A DNA stretch of 64,000 bases from Gaiella sp. (GCA_036556925.1 DATBIN010000043.1:7050-71049); one strand, 5' to 3'. Shown: positions 9,454 to 19,043, counted from the stretch's first letter. Numbers and translations: made by a program. Notes: a model not told the origin generated them from the letters alone.

Positions 9454-11256
9454 GTGCCGATGCCGAGGCTCGTCGACACGACGGTGCGGCTGCTCAGCCA
9501 AGGTCCGCTCGCGGGGAAGGTCCCGACGGGCGACGTGCTGCGCATCGCCGAGATCCTCGACCAGGCGGGCTTCGCCTGTCTCGAGATCTCGGGCGGCGGC
9601 GCGTTCGAGGCGTCCGTCAAGGGGGGCGTGGAGAGCCCCTGGGAGCGCATCCGCGCGCTCGACGCGCGCACGGAGACGCCGCTCGGCATGGCGCTGCGCG
9701 GGCGCTTCCTCGTCGGCTCGAAGCCCGTCTCGCCGGACGTCGTGCGCCGGTTCGTCGCGTGCGCGGTCGAGAACGGCATCGACGTCTTCCGCCTGCACGA
9801 CCCGCTCAACGACGTCTCCAACCTGCGCGAGGCCGGCGAGGCGATCGTCGCCGCGGGCCGGGCCTTCCACGTGGGCCTCGTCTACGGCCCCGGCCGCACC
9901 GGCGAGATCGACGCTCTCGCCGAGCAGGCGAAGCCGATCCCCGACCTCGGCGCGGCGCGCGTCATCCTGAACGACCCCACCGACGCGCTGCTGCCGCACC
10001 TCACGGAGGAGCTGGTCGGGCGCCTGCAGGAGGTGACGGGCCTGCCGGTCGGCCTGCACGTGCAGGGCGCCGCGGGCACGGGCCTGCTGAACGCGATCGT
10101 CGCGACGCGCGTCGGCGCCGATCTCGTGGCCACGGCGGTCTACCCGCTGGCGCTCGCGCTCCACCGCGTCTCCGGCGAGTCGCTCGTCGAGGCGCTGCAC
10201 GGCCTCGGGCGCGAGACGGGCGTCGACGTCGCGCGGCTCTGGGAGGCGGCCGACCTCGTCGACGAGCACATCGGCGACGAGCCGGTGGCGCCCCTGCCGC
10301 CGCGCATCGCGGTGCGCGCCGCGGAGTACGACCTGCCGGCGGGCCTCGTGGCGGCGCTCGACGTGCACCTGCGGGCGCACGCCGCTGGCGACCGGCTGCT
10401 CGACGTCCTCGTCGAGGTGCAGGGGATCCGCGCTGAGGTCGGCTGGCCTCCGCTCGCGTCCCCGATCGGGCAGATCCTCGCGTCGCAAGCGCTCCTCAAC
10501 GTCCTCTCCGCGCGACGCTACGGCACCGTGCGCGAGGAGTTCCGCCAGCTCGTCCGTGGCGAGTACGGCTCGACTCCGGCTCCGGTCGAGGCCTCCGTGC
10601 GCGAGGCCGTCGAGCGTCTCGAGGCGCAGGCTCCGGCCGAGACGGCGCCCAGCGAGGCCGAGGTGCGCGAGTCGGCCGAGGGGATCGCCTCCTCGGAGGA
10701 GGAGCTCGTGCTCCTCGCGATGTTCGGCGCCGAGGCGGAGACGCTGCTGCGCGCGATCCGCCAGCGGCACGCGCGGCAGGCGACGCTGCTCACCGAGGAC
10801 ACCGACATCCACCGCGCGGAGCGGATCCGGGAGCTGGTGCAGATCGTGCAGGAGTCCGGCGTCGGCGAGATCGAGATCGAGGACGAGGGCATGCGCGTGT
10901 CCGTGCGGCGGGCCGACGAGCCCTCCGCCACGGGGCCGACGACGATCGCCGTGGACGACGATGCGGCTCCGTCGACCGAGCCCGCGGGCGGCAACGGCGC
11001 GGGCGTCGTCAGGGTCGAGTCGCCGATGGTCGGCGTCTTCTACCGCTCTCCGGACCCGGGGGCGCCGCCCTTCGTCGAGGTCGGCGACGTGGTCGCTGCG
11101 GGCCAGACGCTCTGCCTGCTGGAGGCGATGAAGCTCTTCAACGAGCTCAAGGCGGAGGTGGACGGGCGCATCCGGGCGATCCACGTCGAGAACGCGCAGG
11201 CGGTCGAGTACGGCACGCTCCTGTTCGAGCTCGACTCCGACGGCGCACCGGCCTGA
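9454..11256 (+). CDS. accB: Degenerate pyruvate-carboxyltransferase-like (PycB/OadA) domain fused to biotin carboxyl carrier protein AccB
   Basis: N-terminal DTTVR, ESPWERIR, NGIDVFRLHDPLND, GWPPLASPIGQI; C-terminal AccB (IRELVQIVQESGVGEIEI..., SPMVGVFYRSP, EAMKLFNE); lies between efp and accC. Confidence 0.85.
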   Translation: MPMPRLVDTTVRLLSQGPLAGKVPTGDVLRIAEILDQAGFACLEISGGGAFEASVKGGVESPWERIRALDARTETPLGMALRGRFLVGSKPVSPDVVRRFVACAVENGIDVFRLHDPLNDVSNLREAGEAIVAAGRAFHVGLVYGPGRTGEIDALAEQAKPIPDLGAARVILNDPTDALLPHLTEELVGRLQEVTGLPVGLHVQGAAGTGLLNAIVATRVGADLVATAVYPLALALHRVSGESLVEALHGLGRETGVDVARLWEAADLVDEHIGDEPVAPLPPRIAVRAAEYDLPAGLVAALDVHLRAHAAGDRLLDVLVEVQGIRAEVGWPPLASPIGQILASQALLNVLSARRYGTVREEFRQLVRGEYGSTPAPVEASVREAVERLEAQAPAETAPSEAEVRESAEGIASSEEELVLLAMFGAEAETLLRAIRQRHARQATLLTEDTDIHRAERIRELVQIVQESGVGEIEIEDEGMRVSVRRADEPSATGPTTIAVDDDAAPSTEPAGGNGAGVVRVESPMVGVFYRSPDPGAPPFVEVGDVVAAGQTLCLLEAMKLFNELKAEVDGRIRAIHVENAQAVEYGTLLFELDSDGAPA

Positions 11257-11271
11257 GCCCGAGCCGAGCCG

Positions 11272-12630
11272 ATGTTCTCCCGCGTGCTGGTCGCGAACAG
11301 GGGCGAGATCGCCGTTCGCGTGATCCGCGCCCTGCACGAGGTGGGCTGCGAGGCGGTCGCCGTCTACTCGACGGCGGACCGGGGCGCTCTGCACGTGCGT
11401 CTTGCCGACGAGGCGGTCTGCATCGGCCCGCCCGCCGCCACCGACAGCTACCTCCGCATCCCGAACGTGGTCGCCGCCGCGGAGACGACGGGATGCGAGG
11501 CCGTGCACCCGGGGTACGGCTTCCTGTCGGAGAACCCTGCCTTCGTGCGGGCCTGCGTCGAGCACGGCCTCGTCTTCGTCGGCCCGAGCGCCGAGATCAT
11601 GGAGGCGCTCGGCGACAAGGTGCGCGCGAAGGCGGCGCTCCGGGCGGCGGGCGTGCCGCTGGTGCCGGGCAGCGAGGGCAGCGTCGAGCTGGCCGACGCG
11701 AAGGCGGTCGCCGCCGAGATCGGCTACCCGGTGCTGCTCAAGGCCACGGCGGGCGGCGGGGGCCGCGGCATGCGTGTGGTCACCACCCCGGAGACGCTCG
11801 AGAGCGCCTTCGGCGCCGCGCGCGCGGAGGCGGAGGCTGCCTTCGACAACGGCGCCCTGTACCTGGAGAAGGCGCTCGTGCCGGCCCGCCACGTCGAGAT
11901 CCAGGTGCTCTGCGACCACCACGGCGGCGTGCTCACGCTGGGGGAGCGAGAGTGCTCGATCCAGCGCCGGCACCAGAAGCTCGTGGAGGAGTCGCCCTCG
12001 CCCGCGCTGACGGCGGAGACACGCGAGTCGCTCGAGGCCGCGGTCGAGCGCGCCTGCCGCGAGATCGGCTACGTCAACGCGGGAACGTTCGAGTTCCTCG
12101 TCGGGCAGGACGGGGAGCCGTGCTTCATCGAGGTCAACTGCCGCCTCCAGGTGGAGCACCCCGTGACCGAGCTCCTCACCGGCATCGACCTCGTGCGCGA
12201 GCAGCTGCGCGTCGCCTCCGGCGAGCACCTGACGCGCACCGGGCGGGCGCCCCGGAGCGGGCACGCGATCGAGGTGCGCATCAACGCCGAGGACCCCGCC
12301 CGCGGCTTCGTGCCGGCGCCGGGACGCGTGGCGCGCTTCCGGCCGCCGCTCGGCCCCGGCGTGCGCGTGGACACCGCGATCGAGGACGGCGCCGAGATCC
12401 CGCCGTACTACGACTCGCTGATCGCGAAGCTCATCGTGCGCGACGACGACCGCCCCGCCGCGATCGCCCGCGCCGTGCGCGCCCTGACCGAGCTCGAGGT
12501 GGAGGGCATCCCCACGACCCGCGAGCTCGCGCTCGACGTCCTCCGCTCGCCGGCCTTCGCGGGGGGGAGCTACTCGACCAGCTACCTTCACGAGATGGAA
12601 GACCGCCTGCCCTCTCTCTCCGCGGCGTGA
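11272..12630 (+). CDS. accC: Biotin carboxylase
   Basis: ANRGEIA, HPGYGFLSEN, GGGGRGMR, RECSIQRRHQK, RLQVEHPVTE, RINAEDP, YYDSLIAK. Confidence 0.96.
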   Translation: MFSRVLVANRGEIAVRVIRALHEVGCEAVAVYSTADRGALHVRLADEAVCIGPPAATDSYLRIPNVVAAAETTGCEAVHPGYGFLSENPAFVRACVEHGLVFVGPSAEIMEALGDKVRAKAALRAAGVPLVPGSEGSVELADAKAVAAEIGYPVLLKATAGGGGRGMRVVTTPETLESAFGAARAEAEAAFDNGALYLEKALVPARHVEIQVLCDHHGGVLTLGERECSIQRRHQKLVEESPSPALTAETRESLEAAVERACREIGYVNAGTFEFLVGQDGEPCFIEVNCRLQVEHPVTELLTGIDLVREQLRVASGEHLTRTGRAPRSGHAIEVRINAEDPARGFVPAPGRVARFRPPLGPGVRVDTAIEDGAEIPPYYDSLIAKLIVRDDDRPAAIARAVRALTELEVEGIPTTRELALDVLRSPAFAGGSYSTSYLHEMEDRLPSLSAA

Positions 12631-12664
12631 GGCGCGCCGCCGCCATCGTGCGCGGGGCGCTGCC

Positions 12665-13051
12665 GTGACGCCCGCGGGACGCCGCGCCGGGCGTCGCCAG
12701 GCGCTGTTCCTGCTCTACCAGTGGGACCTCACCGGGCAGCCGCTCGCCAGCCTCTTCGAGGGGGAGCCCGACCCGTTCGCGCGCGAGCTGGCGGACGCCG
12801 TCGCCGCGCGTGCCGACGCGCTCGACGAGCGCATCACCGCCGCCTCCGACGAGTGGAGCGCCGACCGCCTCGGTACGCTCGAGCGCAACATCCTGCGTAT
12901 CGGCGTCTACGAGCTCGAGGAGGAGACGGTGCCCGCAGAGGTGGCGATCAACGAGGCGGTGGTGCTGGCCAAGCGGTACGCGACGGAGGACGCCGCCCGG
13001 CTCGTGAACGGGATCCTCGGCCAGGTCCAGCGCGAGGTCGCCGCACGGTGA
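12665..13051 (+). CDS. nusB: Transcription antitermination factor NusB
   Basis: RRQALFLLYQ, W..DRL..LERNILR, VAINEAVVLAKRY, VNGIL. Confidence 0.95.
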   Translation: MTPAGRRAGRRQALFLLYQWDLTGQPLASLFEGEPDPFARELADAVAARADALDERITAASDEWSADRLGTLERNILRIGVYELEEETVPAEVAINEAVVLAKRYATEDAARLVNGILGQVQREVAAR

Positions 13052-13248
13052 GCGAGTCGCACGAGGCGCTGCAGCACGCCGAGGAGCTCGTCGAGCGGCT
13101 GCGCGGGAAGCTCGACCAGCTGGAGGCGCTCGCCGAGGGCGGCGACGTCGATCGGGCGGTCGACGACCTCGCCGAGATCGCGAGCATCGCGAAGGAGATC
13201 GAGGCAGAGATCCTGCGCGTTCGGCAGGCCGCCGATGCACGGGCCTGA
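13048..13248 (+). CDS. Small helical protein at the XseB (exonuclease VII small subunit) position
   Basis: 66 aa amphipathic helical ORF coupled between nusB and ispA; only loose resemblance to XseB. Confidence 0.6.
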   Translation: MSESHEALQHAEELVERLRGKLDQLEALAEGGDVDRAVDDLAEIASIAKEIEAEILRVRQAADARA

Positions 13249-14002
13249 CGAGCTCCGCGAGCTCGTCGAGGAGCGCCTCGCAGCGTTCGAGCCTGCGCCC
13301 GAGCTGAGCGGCCTGGAGGAGGCGGTGCGCTACGCGCTCGAGGGCGGCAAGCGGGTCCGGGGCGTGCTCTGCCTCGCCACCGCCGAGGCCGCCGGAGGGT
13401 CCGCGGAGTCCGCGCTCGACGCCGCCGCGGCGCTCGAGCTCGTGCATGCCTTCTCCCTCGTCCACGACGACCTTCCGGCCATGGACGACGACGACGAGCG
13501 GCGCGGCCGGGCCAGCGCACACGTGGCCTTCGGCGAGGCCGTCGCCCTCCTGGCGGGCGACGCGCTTCTCGCCGAGGCGCTCCGACTGGTGCTCGCCTAC
13601 GACGACCCGGAGCTCGCGCGCGAGCTGACGCACGCCACGCTCGGCATGATCGGCGGCCAGTTCCTCGACATCACCGGAGTCGACGGCGACCTCGCAGCCC
13701 TGCATCGCCTCAAGACCGGGCGCCTGCTCGCGGCGTCGGTCGGCCTCGGCCTCCGTGCGGCGTCGGTGCCGGCGGAGGAGCAGGGCCCGTGGCGAGCGTT
13801 CGCAGACGAGCTCGGGCTCCTCTTCCAGGTCGTGGACGACCTGCTCGACGGCGACGGCTACGTCACGCGCCTCGGCAGCGACGGCACGCGCAGGCTCGCC
13901 GTCGACGCTGCGGAGCGCGCACGCGCGCGGCTCACGGCGATCCCGGCCGAGACGTCCGTGCTCGAGGAGCTCGTCGAGGGCCTCGCCGTCAGGAGCGCCT
14001 GA
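13235..14002 (+). CDS. ispA: Short-chain polyprenyl (farnesyl/geranylgeranyl) diphosphate synthase
   Basis: GGKRVR, ELVHAFSLVHDDLPAMDDDDERRGR, GQFLD, LKTG, GLLFQVVDDLLD. Confidence 0.92.
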   Translation: MHGPDELRELVEERLAAFEPAPELSGLEEAVRYALEGGKRVRGVLCLATAEAAGGSAESALDAAAALELVHAFSLVHDDLPAMDDDDERRGRASAHVAFGEAVALLAGDALLAEALRLVLAYDDPELARELTHATLGMIGGQFLDITGVDGDLAALHRLKTGRLLAASVGLGLRAASVPAEEQGPWRAFADELGLLFQVVDDLLDGDGYVTRLGSDGTRRLAVDAAERARARLTAIPAETSVLEELVEGLAVRSA

Positions 14003-14267
14003 GCGCGTAGGCGCCGTCCGCCTCGCGGACGATCTCGACGACGGCGCCCGGTGTGAGGCCGCCGAGGCGGAGGAACCAGTGCCGGTGGGGCCTCTCGGGG
14101 CCGCGGCAGGCGCAGCCATAGCTCTCGACGGTCGTCTCGCGTCCCTCGAGGCGGAAGGCCTCGCCCTCCGGCGGGAAGGACCGCAGACGCGCCTTCTCGA
14201 CGAGCACGTAGCCCTCGCGGGCCTCCTCGGCGCTCACCACCCGCCTGTACGTGGCCCTGCCGCCCAT
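13989..14267 (-). CDS. Small hypothetical protein with CxC-x5-PHxH putative metal site
   Basis: 92 aa (MGGRATYRRVVS...YGCACRGPERPHRHWFL...); fills the ispA-tlyA gap; protein-like composition; start uncertain. Confidence 0.65.
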   Translation of the reverse strand: MGGRATYRRVVSAEEAREGYVLVEKARLRSFPPEGEAFRLEGRETTVESYGCACRGPERPHRHWFLRLGGLTPGAVVEIVREADGAYALRRS

Positions 14268-14342
14268 TGCTCCTGCCGCCGATCCTACGCCCGTCGCCCG
14301 GAGCCCGTCGGCAGGCGCCCCCGCGCGGCCACAATGGCGTCC

Positions 14343-15104
14343 GTGAAGAAGCGGCTCGACGTCGTCCTCGTGGAGCGCGGCCTCGCCGAGAGCCGGCAGC
14401 AGGCGCAGGCGCTCGTCCTCGCCGGCCTCGTGCGCGGCTTCGACAAGCCCGGGCAGCAGGTCGACGACGAGGTCGAGCTCACCGTCGCCGCCCGTCCGCG
14501 ATTCGTCTCGCGGGGAGGTGAGAAGCTCGCACACGCACTCGACCTGCTGGGCGTCGACCCCGGCGGGCGCGACTGCCTCGACCTGGGCGCGTCCACGGGC
14601 GGGTTCACGGACTGCCTGCTCCAGTGCGGCGCCGCGCGCGTGATCGCGCTCGACGTCGGGCACGGCCAGCTGCACCCGCGGCTGCGCGCGGATCCGCGTG
14701 TGACCGTGATCGAGCGGCAGAACGCGCGCCAGCTCACCGCGCTTCCGTACGCACCGGATCTCGTCACGTGCGACGTGTCCTTCGTCTCCGCCCGGCAGGT
14801 GCTGCCGCCGGCGCTCCGGCTGGCCGCACCGGGATGGGAGGCGCTCGTGCTCGTCAAGCCGCAGTTCGAGGCGGGGCGGGCGGAGGCACCCAAGGGCGTC
14901 GTGCGCGACCCGGAGGTGCACCGGCGGGTGCTGCAGGAGTTCTGCGCCGCCGCGCCGGCGTGGGACGCCCGGGTACTGGGGGTCGTAGACTCGGGTCTGC
15001 CCGGGCCGAAGGGGAACCGGGAGTTCATCGTCCACCTGCAGCAGAGCGAGGAGGCAGCGGAGCAGGATGACCTCGACCGCTGGATCGATCACGCCGTCGA
15101 GTAG
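14343..15104 (+). CDS. tlyA: TlyA family rRNA (cytidine-2'-O)-methyltransferase
   Basis: KKRLD S4 domain, FVSRGGEKL, LDLGASTGGFTDCLLQ, DVGHGQL, DVSFVS, LVKPQFE, GPKGNREF; alternative ATG at 14334. Confidence 0.95.
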   Translation: MKKRLDVVLVERGLAESRQQAQALVLAGLVRGFDKPGQQVDDEVELTVAARPRFVSRGGEKLAHALDLLGVDPGGRDCLDLGASTGGFTDCLLQCGAARVIALDVGHGQLHPRLRADPRVTVIERQNARQLTALPYAPDLVTCDVSFVSARQVLPPALRLAAPGWEALVLVKPQFEAGRAEAPKGVVRDPEVHRRVLQEFCAAAPAWDARVLGVVDSGLPGPKGNREFIVHLQQSEEAAEQDDLDRWIDHAVE

Positions 15105-15108
15105 AGCC

Positions 15109-15927
15109 GTGGCCCGCGCGGCCGTGGTGACGCACGGGCTCGCCGAGCAGATCGGGGCGGGCGTCGCGCGTCTGCAGACGGTGGCGCGCGAGGCCGGCGT
15201 CGAGCTGATCATCGACCCGGACGAAGCGGCGAAGCACAGCGTCGACGCGAGCGCCGAGCACGGCGCGCCGGACATCGCCGTGGTGCTCGGCGGCGACGGC
15301 ACCATGCTGCGGGGCCTCGCGCGGTTCCTCGGCACGGGCGTGCCGGTGGTCGGCGTCAACTTCGGGCGCGTCGGCTTCCTCAGCTCGATCCAGCGCGACG
15401 AGCTCGAGAGCGGCCTGGCGCGGGTCTTCGCGGGCGAGTACGACGTCGTCGAGCTCCCGACGATCGAGGTGCACGTCGCCGGCCAACGTCGCGTGGCGGT
15501 GAACGACGTGGTCGTCGCCAGCGCGGAGCTCGGTCGCATGATGGAGCTCGAGTGGGCCGTCGGCGGGGAGGAGCTGGGACGCGTCCCCTGCGACGGGCTC
15601 ATCTGCTCGACCCCGTCCGGCTCCACCGCCTACAACCTCTCGAACGGCGGCCCGGTGCTGATGTGGGGGATCGACGCGATGGCGGTCACCTTCGTGGCGC
15701 CGCACTCGCTGCACGCCCGCCCGCTCGTGGTCCCTCGCGGTCGCGACGTGCTCGCGTGGAACCGCACCGCGAGCCTCGCGGCGGCGGTGCTCGTCGACGG
15801 GCACCGCTTCGCCGACGTGGTGCCCAGCGAGCGCGTCGACATCCGCCTCGCCGACGAGCGCTCGCTGCTCGCCACCCTCCCGGAGACGACGTTCGTCAGC
15901 AGGTACAGGCAGAGCTTCGCGACGTAG
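15109..15927 (+). CDS. nadK: NAD kinase
   Basis: LGGDGTML, GVNFGRVGFL, VND, DGLICSTPSGSTAYNLSNGGP; alternative ATG at 15067. Confidence 0.95.
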   Translation: MARAAVVTHGLAEQIGAGVARLQTVAREAGVELIIDPDEAAKHSVDASAEHGAPDIAVVLGGDGTMLRGLARFLGTGVPVVGVNFGRVGFLSSIQRDELESGLARVFAGEYDVVELPTIEVHVAGQRRVAVNDVVVASAELGRMMELEWAVGGEELGRVPCDGLICSTPSGSTAYNLSNGGPVLMWGIDAMAVTFVAPHSLHARPLVVPRGRDVLAWNRTASLAAAVLVDGHRFADVVPSERVDIRLADERSLLATLPETTFVSRYRQSFAT

Positions 15928-15979
15928 AGGCCTGCCCGGACGATCGTGGCGAGGCGTGCGCCGCACTACGATCTCCGGA

Positions 15980-17623
15980 GTGCTGCGACGTCTGCGGATC
16001 GAGAATCTCGTCCTCATCCGCGAGGCCGAGCTCTCGCTTGCGCCCGGTCTCAACGCGCTGACCGGGGAGACCGGGGCCGGGAAGACCATCTTCGCCCAGG
16101 CCATCGGCCTGCTGCTGGGCGCGCGGGGCGATGCCGCGGTCGTCGGGGCCGCCGCAGAGGAGGCGTACGTCGAGGCGGAGCTCGACCTCCCCGAGGGATT
16201 CCTGGAAGACGACGACCTCGCTGCGCTCGCGGAGCTCCGCCCCGACGGGGAGGAGGGCCTGGTGCTCGCGCGCAGAGTCTTCCCCGACGGCCGCACGCGT
16301 GCCTACGCCTGGGGGCGCGCCGTCGCGAGGGACGACCTCGCCGCCGCCGCGGAGCGGCTGATCGGCATGTCCGGCCAGTTCGAGCAGCGGCGCCTGGCCC
16401 GGCCCTCCTACCAGCTCGACGTGCTCGACGCGTTCTGCGGGCCCGAGCAGGCGGCCCGCCGCCGGGACGCGCGCGCCGCCTGGCGCGAGCTGCTCGCGCG
16501 GCGGAGGCGCTACGAGGAGCTGATCCGCGACGCGGACGCGGCGCAGGAGCGGCTGCGCGAGCTCGAGGCGCTCGTGGAGGACACCGACGGGCTCGCGGCC
16601 GGGGAGGAGGCGGAGCTCCGCACCGAGCGGGAGCGGATCCGCCACGTGGCCGAGCTCGGAGAGGGAGCGGCGAGCGCCGCTCGCGCGATCGACCCCGAGG
16701 AGGGCGACGGCGCGTCGGCGCTGCTCGCGGAGGCGGAGCGCGTGCTGGCGCCCCTCGAGCGCCTCGCCCCGGAGCTGGCGGAGGCGGCCGGCGAGCTACG
16801 CGACCTCGGCCTGCGCCTGCAGGAGGTGGCCAGCGACCTGCGGCGCTTCCTCTCGGGGCTGGAGGCGGATCCTGCGAGGCTCGAGCAGGTGGAGGAGCGT
16901 CTCCAGCGCTGGGCCGACCTCCGCCGGCGCTTCGGGTGCGAGACCGCGGAGGAGCTGATCGAGCGGCGCGACGCCGCGAGAGCGGAGCTGGACGAGCTGG
17001 CGGGCGGACGTGACCCGGTCGCGGCTGCGCAGGCCGCGCTGGCCGCCTCCGAGGAGCTCTGCGGGACACTCGCCGGCGAGCTGCACGATGCGCGTGCAGC
17101 TGCGGCGGACGCGTTCGCGGAGGCCGTCGGCGCCGACCTGCGCGACGTCGGCATGGGTGACGGCGAGTTCCGCGTCGAGCTACGGGAGCGCGACCCCGGC
17201 CCGAGCGGGCGCGACGAGGTCGTCTTCCTCGTGCGCCCGAACCCGGGCCTGCCGCTCGCCCCGGTCGCCGAGACGGCGTCGGGGGGAGAGCTCTCGCGCA
17301 TCGCGCTCGCCGTCGCCGCCACCGGGGGCGGCGAGACGCTGATCTTCGACGAGATCGACGCGGGCATCGGAGGCGTGACCGCCCACAAGGTCGCGGCCCT
17401 CCTCCGGCGGCTGGCCGAGCGGACGCAGGTGCTCACCATCACGCACCTGCCGCAGATCGCGAGCGTCGCGGACGGTCACTTCCGCGTCGAGAAGGTCCCC
17501 GGCGACCCGACCCACGCGCGCATCGAGGCGCTCGGCGAGGCGGAACGCCGGGACGAGCTCGAGCGCATGCTCGGCGGCGAGGAGTTCCTCGCCGCCCTCG
17601 CACGGCCGGGAGAGGCGACGTGA
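15980..17623 (+). CDS. recN: DNA repair protein RecN
   Basis: LRIENL, LTGETGAGKT, ASGGELSRI, LIFDEIDAGIGG, ITHLPQIA. Confidence 0.96.
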   Translation: MLRRLRIENLVLIREAELSLAPGLNALTGETGAGKTIFAQAIGLLLGARGDAAVVGAAAEEAYVEAELDLPEGFLEDDDLAALAELRPDGEEGLVLARRVFPDGRTRAYAWGRAVARDDLAAAAERLIGMSGQFEQRRLARPSYQLDVLDAFCGPEQAARRRDARAAWRELLARRRRYEELIRDADAAQERLRELEALVEDTDGLAAGEEAELRTERERIRHVAELGEGAASAARAIDPEEGDGASALLAEAERVLAPLERLAPELAEAAGELRDLGLRLQEVASDLRRFLSGLEADPARLEQVEERLQRWADLRRRFGCETAEELIERRDAARAELDELAGGRDPVAAAQAALAASEELCGTLAGELHDARAAAADAFAEAVGADLRDVGMGDGEFRVELRERDPGPSGRDEVVFLVRPNPGLPLAPVAETASGGELSRIALAVAATGGGETLIFDEIDAGIGGVTAHKVAALLRRLAERTQVLTITHLPQIASVADGHFRVEKVPGDPTHARIEALGEAERRDELERMLGGEEFLAALARPGEAT

Positions 17624-17716
17624 GCGACGGCGCCGGCGCGCCTCGGTCCACCACCCCCCAGGGGGGGCGCGTGGCCCCCTCTCGACACGATCGCATGCCA
17701 ACCGTCACCCGTGGTG

Positions 17717-17739
17717 GACGGCTTCGTGACGGCTTCGTG
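17717..17739. promoter_or_regulatory. 11-bp tandem direct repeat upstream of steA (possible response-regulator box)
   Basis: gacggcttcgt x2, perfect, about 60 nt upstream of the steA start. Confidence 0.4.
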
Positions 17740-17800
17740 CCGGGCGCGGAGGAGGCTGCAGGTGCGCGCGGTCGGCGCGGCGGGAAGCCTGTTCGGTGAC

Positions 17801-18931
17801 ATGAGCACCCAGGAGATCACCGGCAGGGCTCGGCTCGGGAAGCGGACGAAGGAGCTCGTCAAGCGGCTCGCGCCGGGCGACATCGCGGTCATCGACCACG
17901 CCGACCTCGACCGGGTCTCGGCGGAGGAGCTCGCGGACGCGGGGGTGCGCGCGGTCGTGAACGTCGCCGCCTCGTCGTCGGGCCGCTTTCCCAACACGGG
18001 GCCGCTCGAGCTCGTCCAGGCAGGCGTCGTGCTGGTCGACGCGCCGGGGGCACCGCTCTTCGACGATCTCTCGGACGGCGAGATGCTCACGATCCGGGGC
18101 GGCGCCGTCTGGCGCAACGGCACCTGTGTCGCGGAGGGGACCGAGCTCCAGGAGGGCGCGCTCGTCGCCGCGCTCGCCGAGGAGCGGGCGCGCGTGACCG
18201 AGGCGCTCGAGGCGTTCGCCGACAACACGCTCCGTCACCTCCGTGACGAGAGCCGGGCGCTCGCCGACCACATCTCCTTCCCGCAGCTCCGAACGCGCTT
18301 TCGCGACCGTCAGGCCGTCGTGGTCGCCCGCGGGCCCGGGTACAAGCGCGACCTTCGCATCGTCAGGTCGTACATCCGCGACTTCAAGCCCGTGCTCGTC
18401 GCCGTCGACGGCGGCGCCGACGCGCTGCTCGAGGTCGGGCTGAAGCCCGACATCATCGTGGGGGACTTCGACTCGGTCTCCGATCGGGCCCTGCGGTCCG
18501 GGGCCGAGCTGCTCGTCCATGCCTATCGCGACGGGCACGCGCCGGGAGCCGACCGGCTGCGACGCCTCGGGCTGGCGTTCGAGATCGTCGGCGCGCAGGG
18601 GATCAGCGAGGACGTGGCGCTGCAGCTGGCACACGATCGCGGCGCCGAGCTCATCGTGGCGGTCGGGACGCACTTCAACCTCGTCGAGTTCCTCGAGCGC
18701 GACCGTGCCGGCATGGCCTCGACGTTCGTCACGCGACTCAAGGTGGGGGAGGTGCTCGTCGACGCCAAGGGCGTGTCGCGGCTCGTGAGCCGGCGCATCG
18801 GCGTCTGGCCGCTCGCCGCCTTCGCCGCAGCGGGCATTGCGGGGATCGTGGTGGCCGTGCTCGTCTCTCCGGCACTGCGGAACGTGATCCAGGTGCTGAC
18901 ACGCAGCGTGGGGGACGCGCTCGGGCTCTAG
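17801..18931 (+). CDS. steA: SteA-like membrane-anchored protein (thiamin pyrophosphokinase-like domain; cell separation)
   Basis: RTKELVKRL.PGDIAVIDHADLD, SGRFPN.GP, AVDGGADALL..G.KPDIIVGDFDS, EFLER.R.GMASTF.TRLKVG, C-terminal TM; recN-steA-steB-pyrG synteny. Confidence 0.9.
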   Translation: MSTQEITGRARLGKRTKELVKRLAPGDIAVIDHADLDRVSAEELADAGVRAVVNVAASSSGRFPNTGPLELVQAGVVLVDAPGAPLFDDLSDGEMLTIRGGAVWRNGTCVAEGTELQEGALVAALAEERARVTEALEAFADNTLRHLRDESRALADHISFPQLRTRFRDRQAVVVARGPGYKRDLRIVRSYIRDFKPVLVAVDGGADALLEVGLKPDIIVGDFDSVSDRALRSGAELLVHAYRDGHAPGADRLRRLGLAFEIVGAQGISEDVALQLAHDRGAELIVAVGTHFNLVEFLERDRAGMASTFVTRLKVGEVLVDAKGVSRLVSRRIGVWPLAAFAAAGIAGIVVAVLVSPALRNVIQVLTRSVGDALGL

Positions 18932-19043
18932 GCTGGTCTGGCGGAACGCCCCTGTTGCCGGGGTGCCGGCGCTCCCCCAACGACGCAGCCCCTGTTGCGC
19001 CGAACGCTCCTGGGCACGGCGTGCCTCTGCGACACTCCGAGTG

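Noticed and set aside
18932-19043. Repeated cccctgttgc in the steA-steB gap
   Set aside because: Only two 10-mers with no clear structure; could be chance or a decayed repeat
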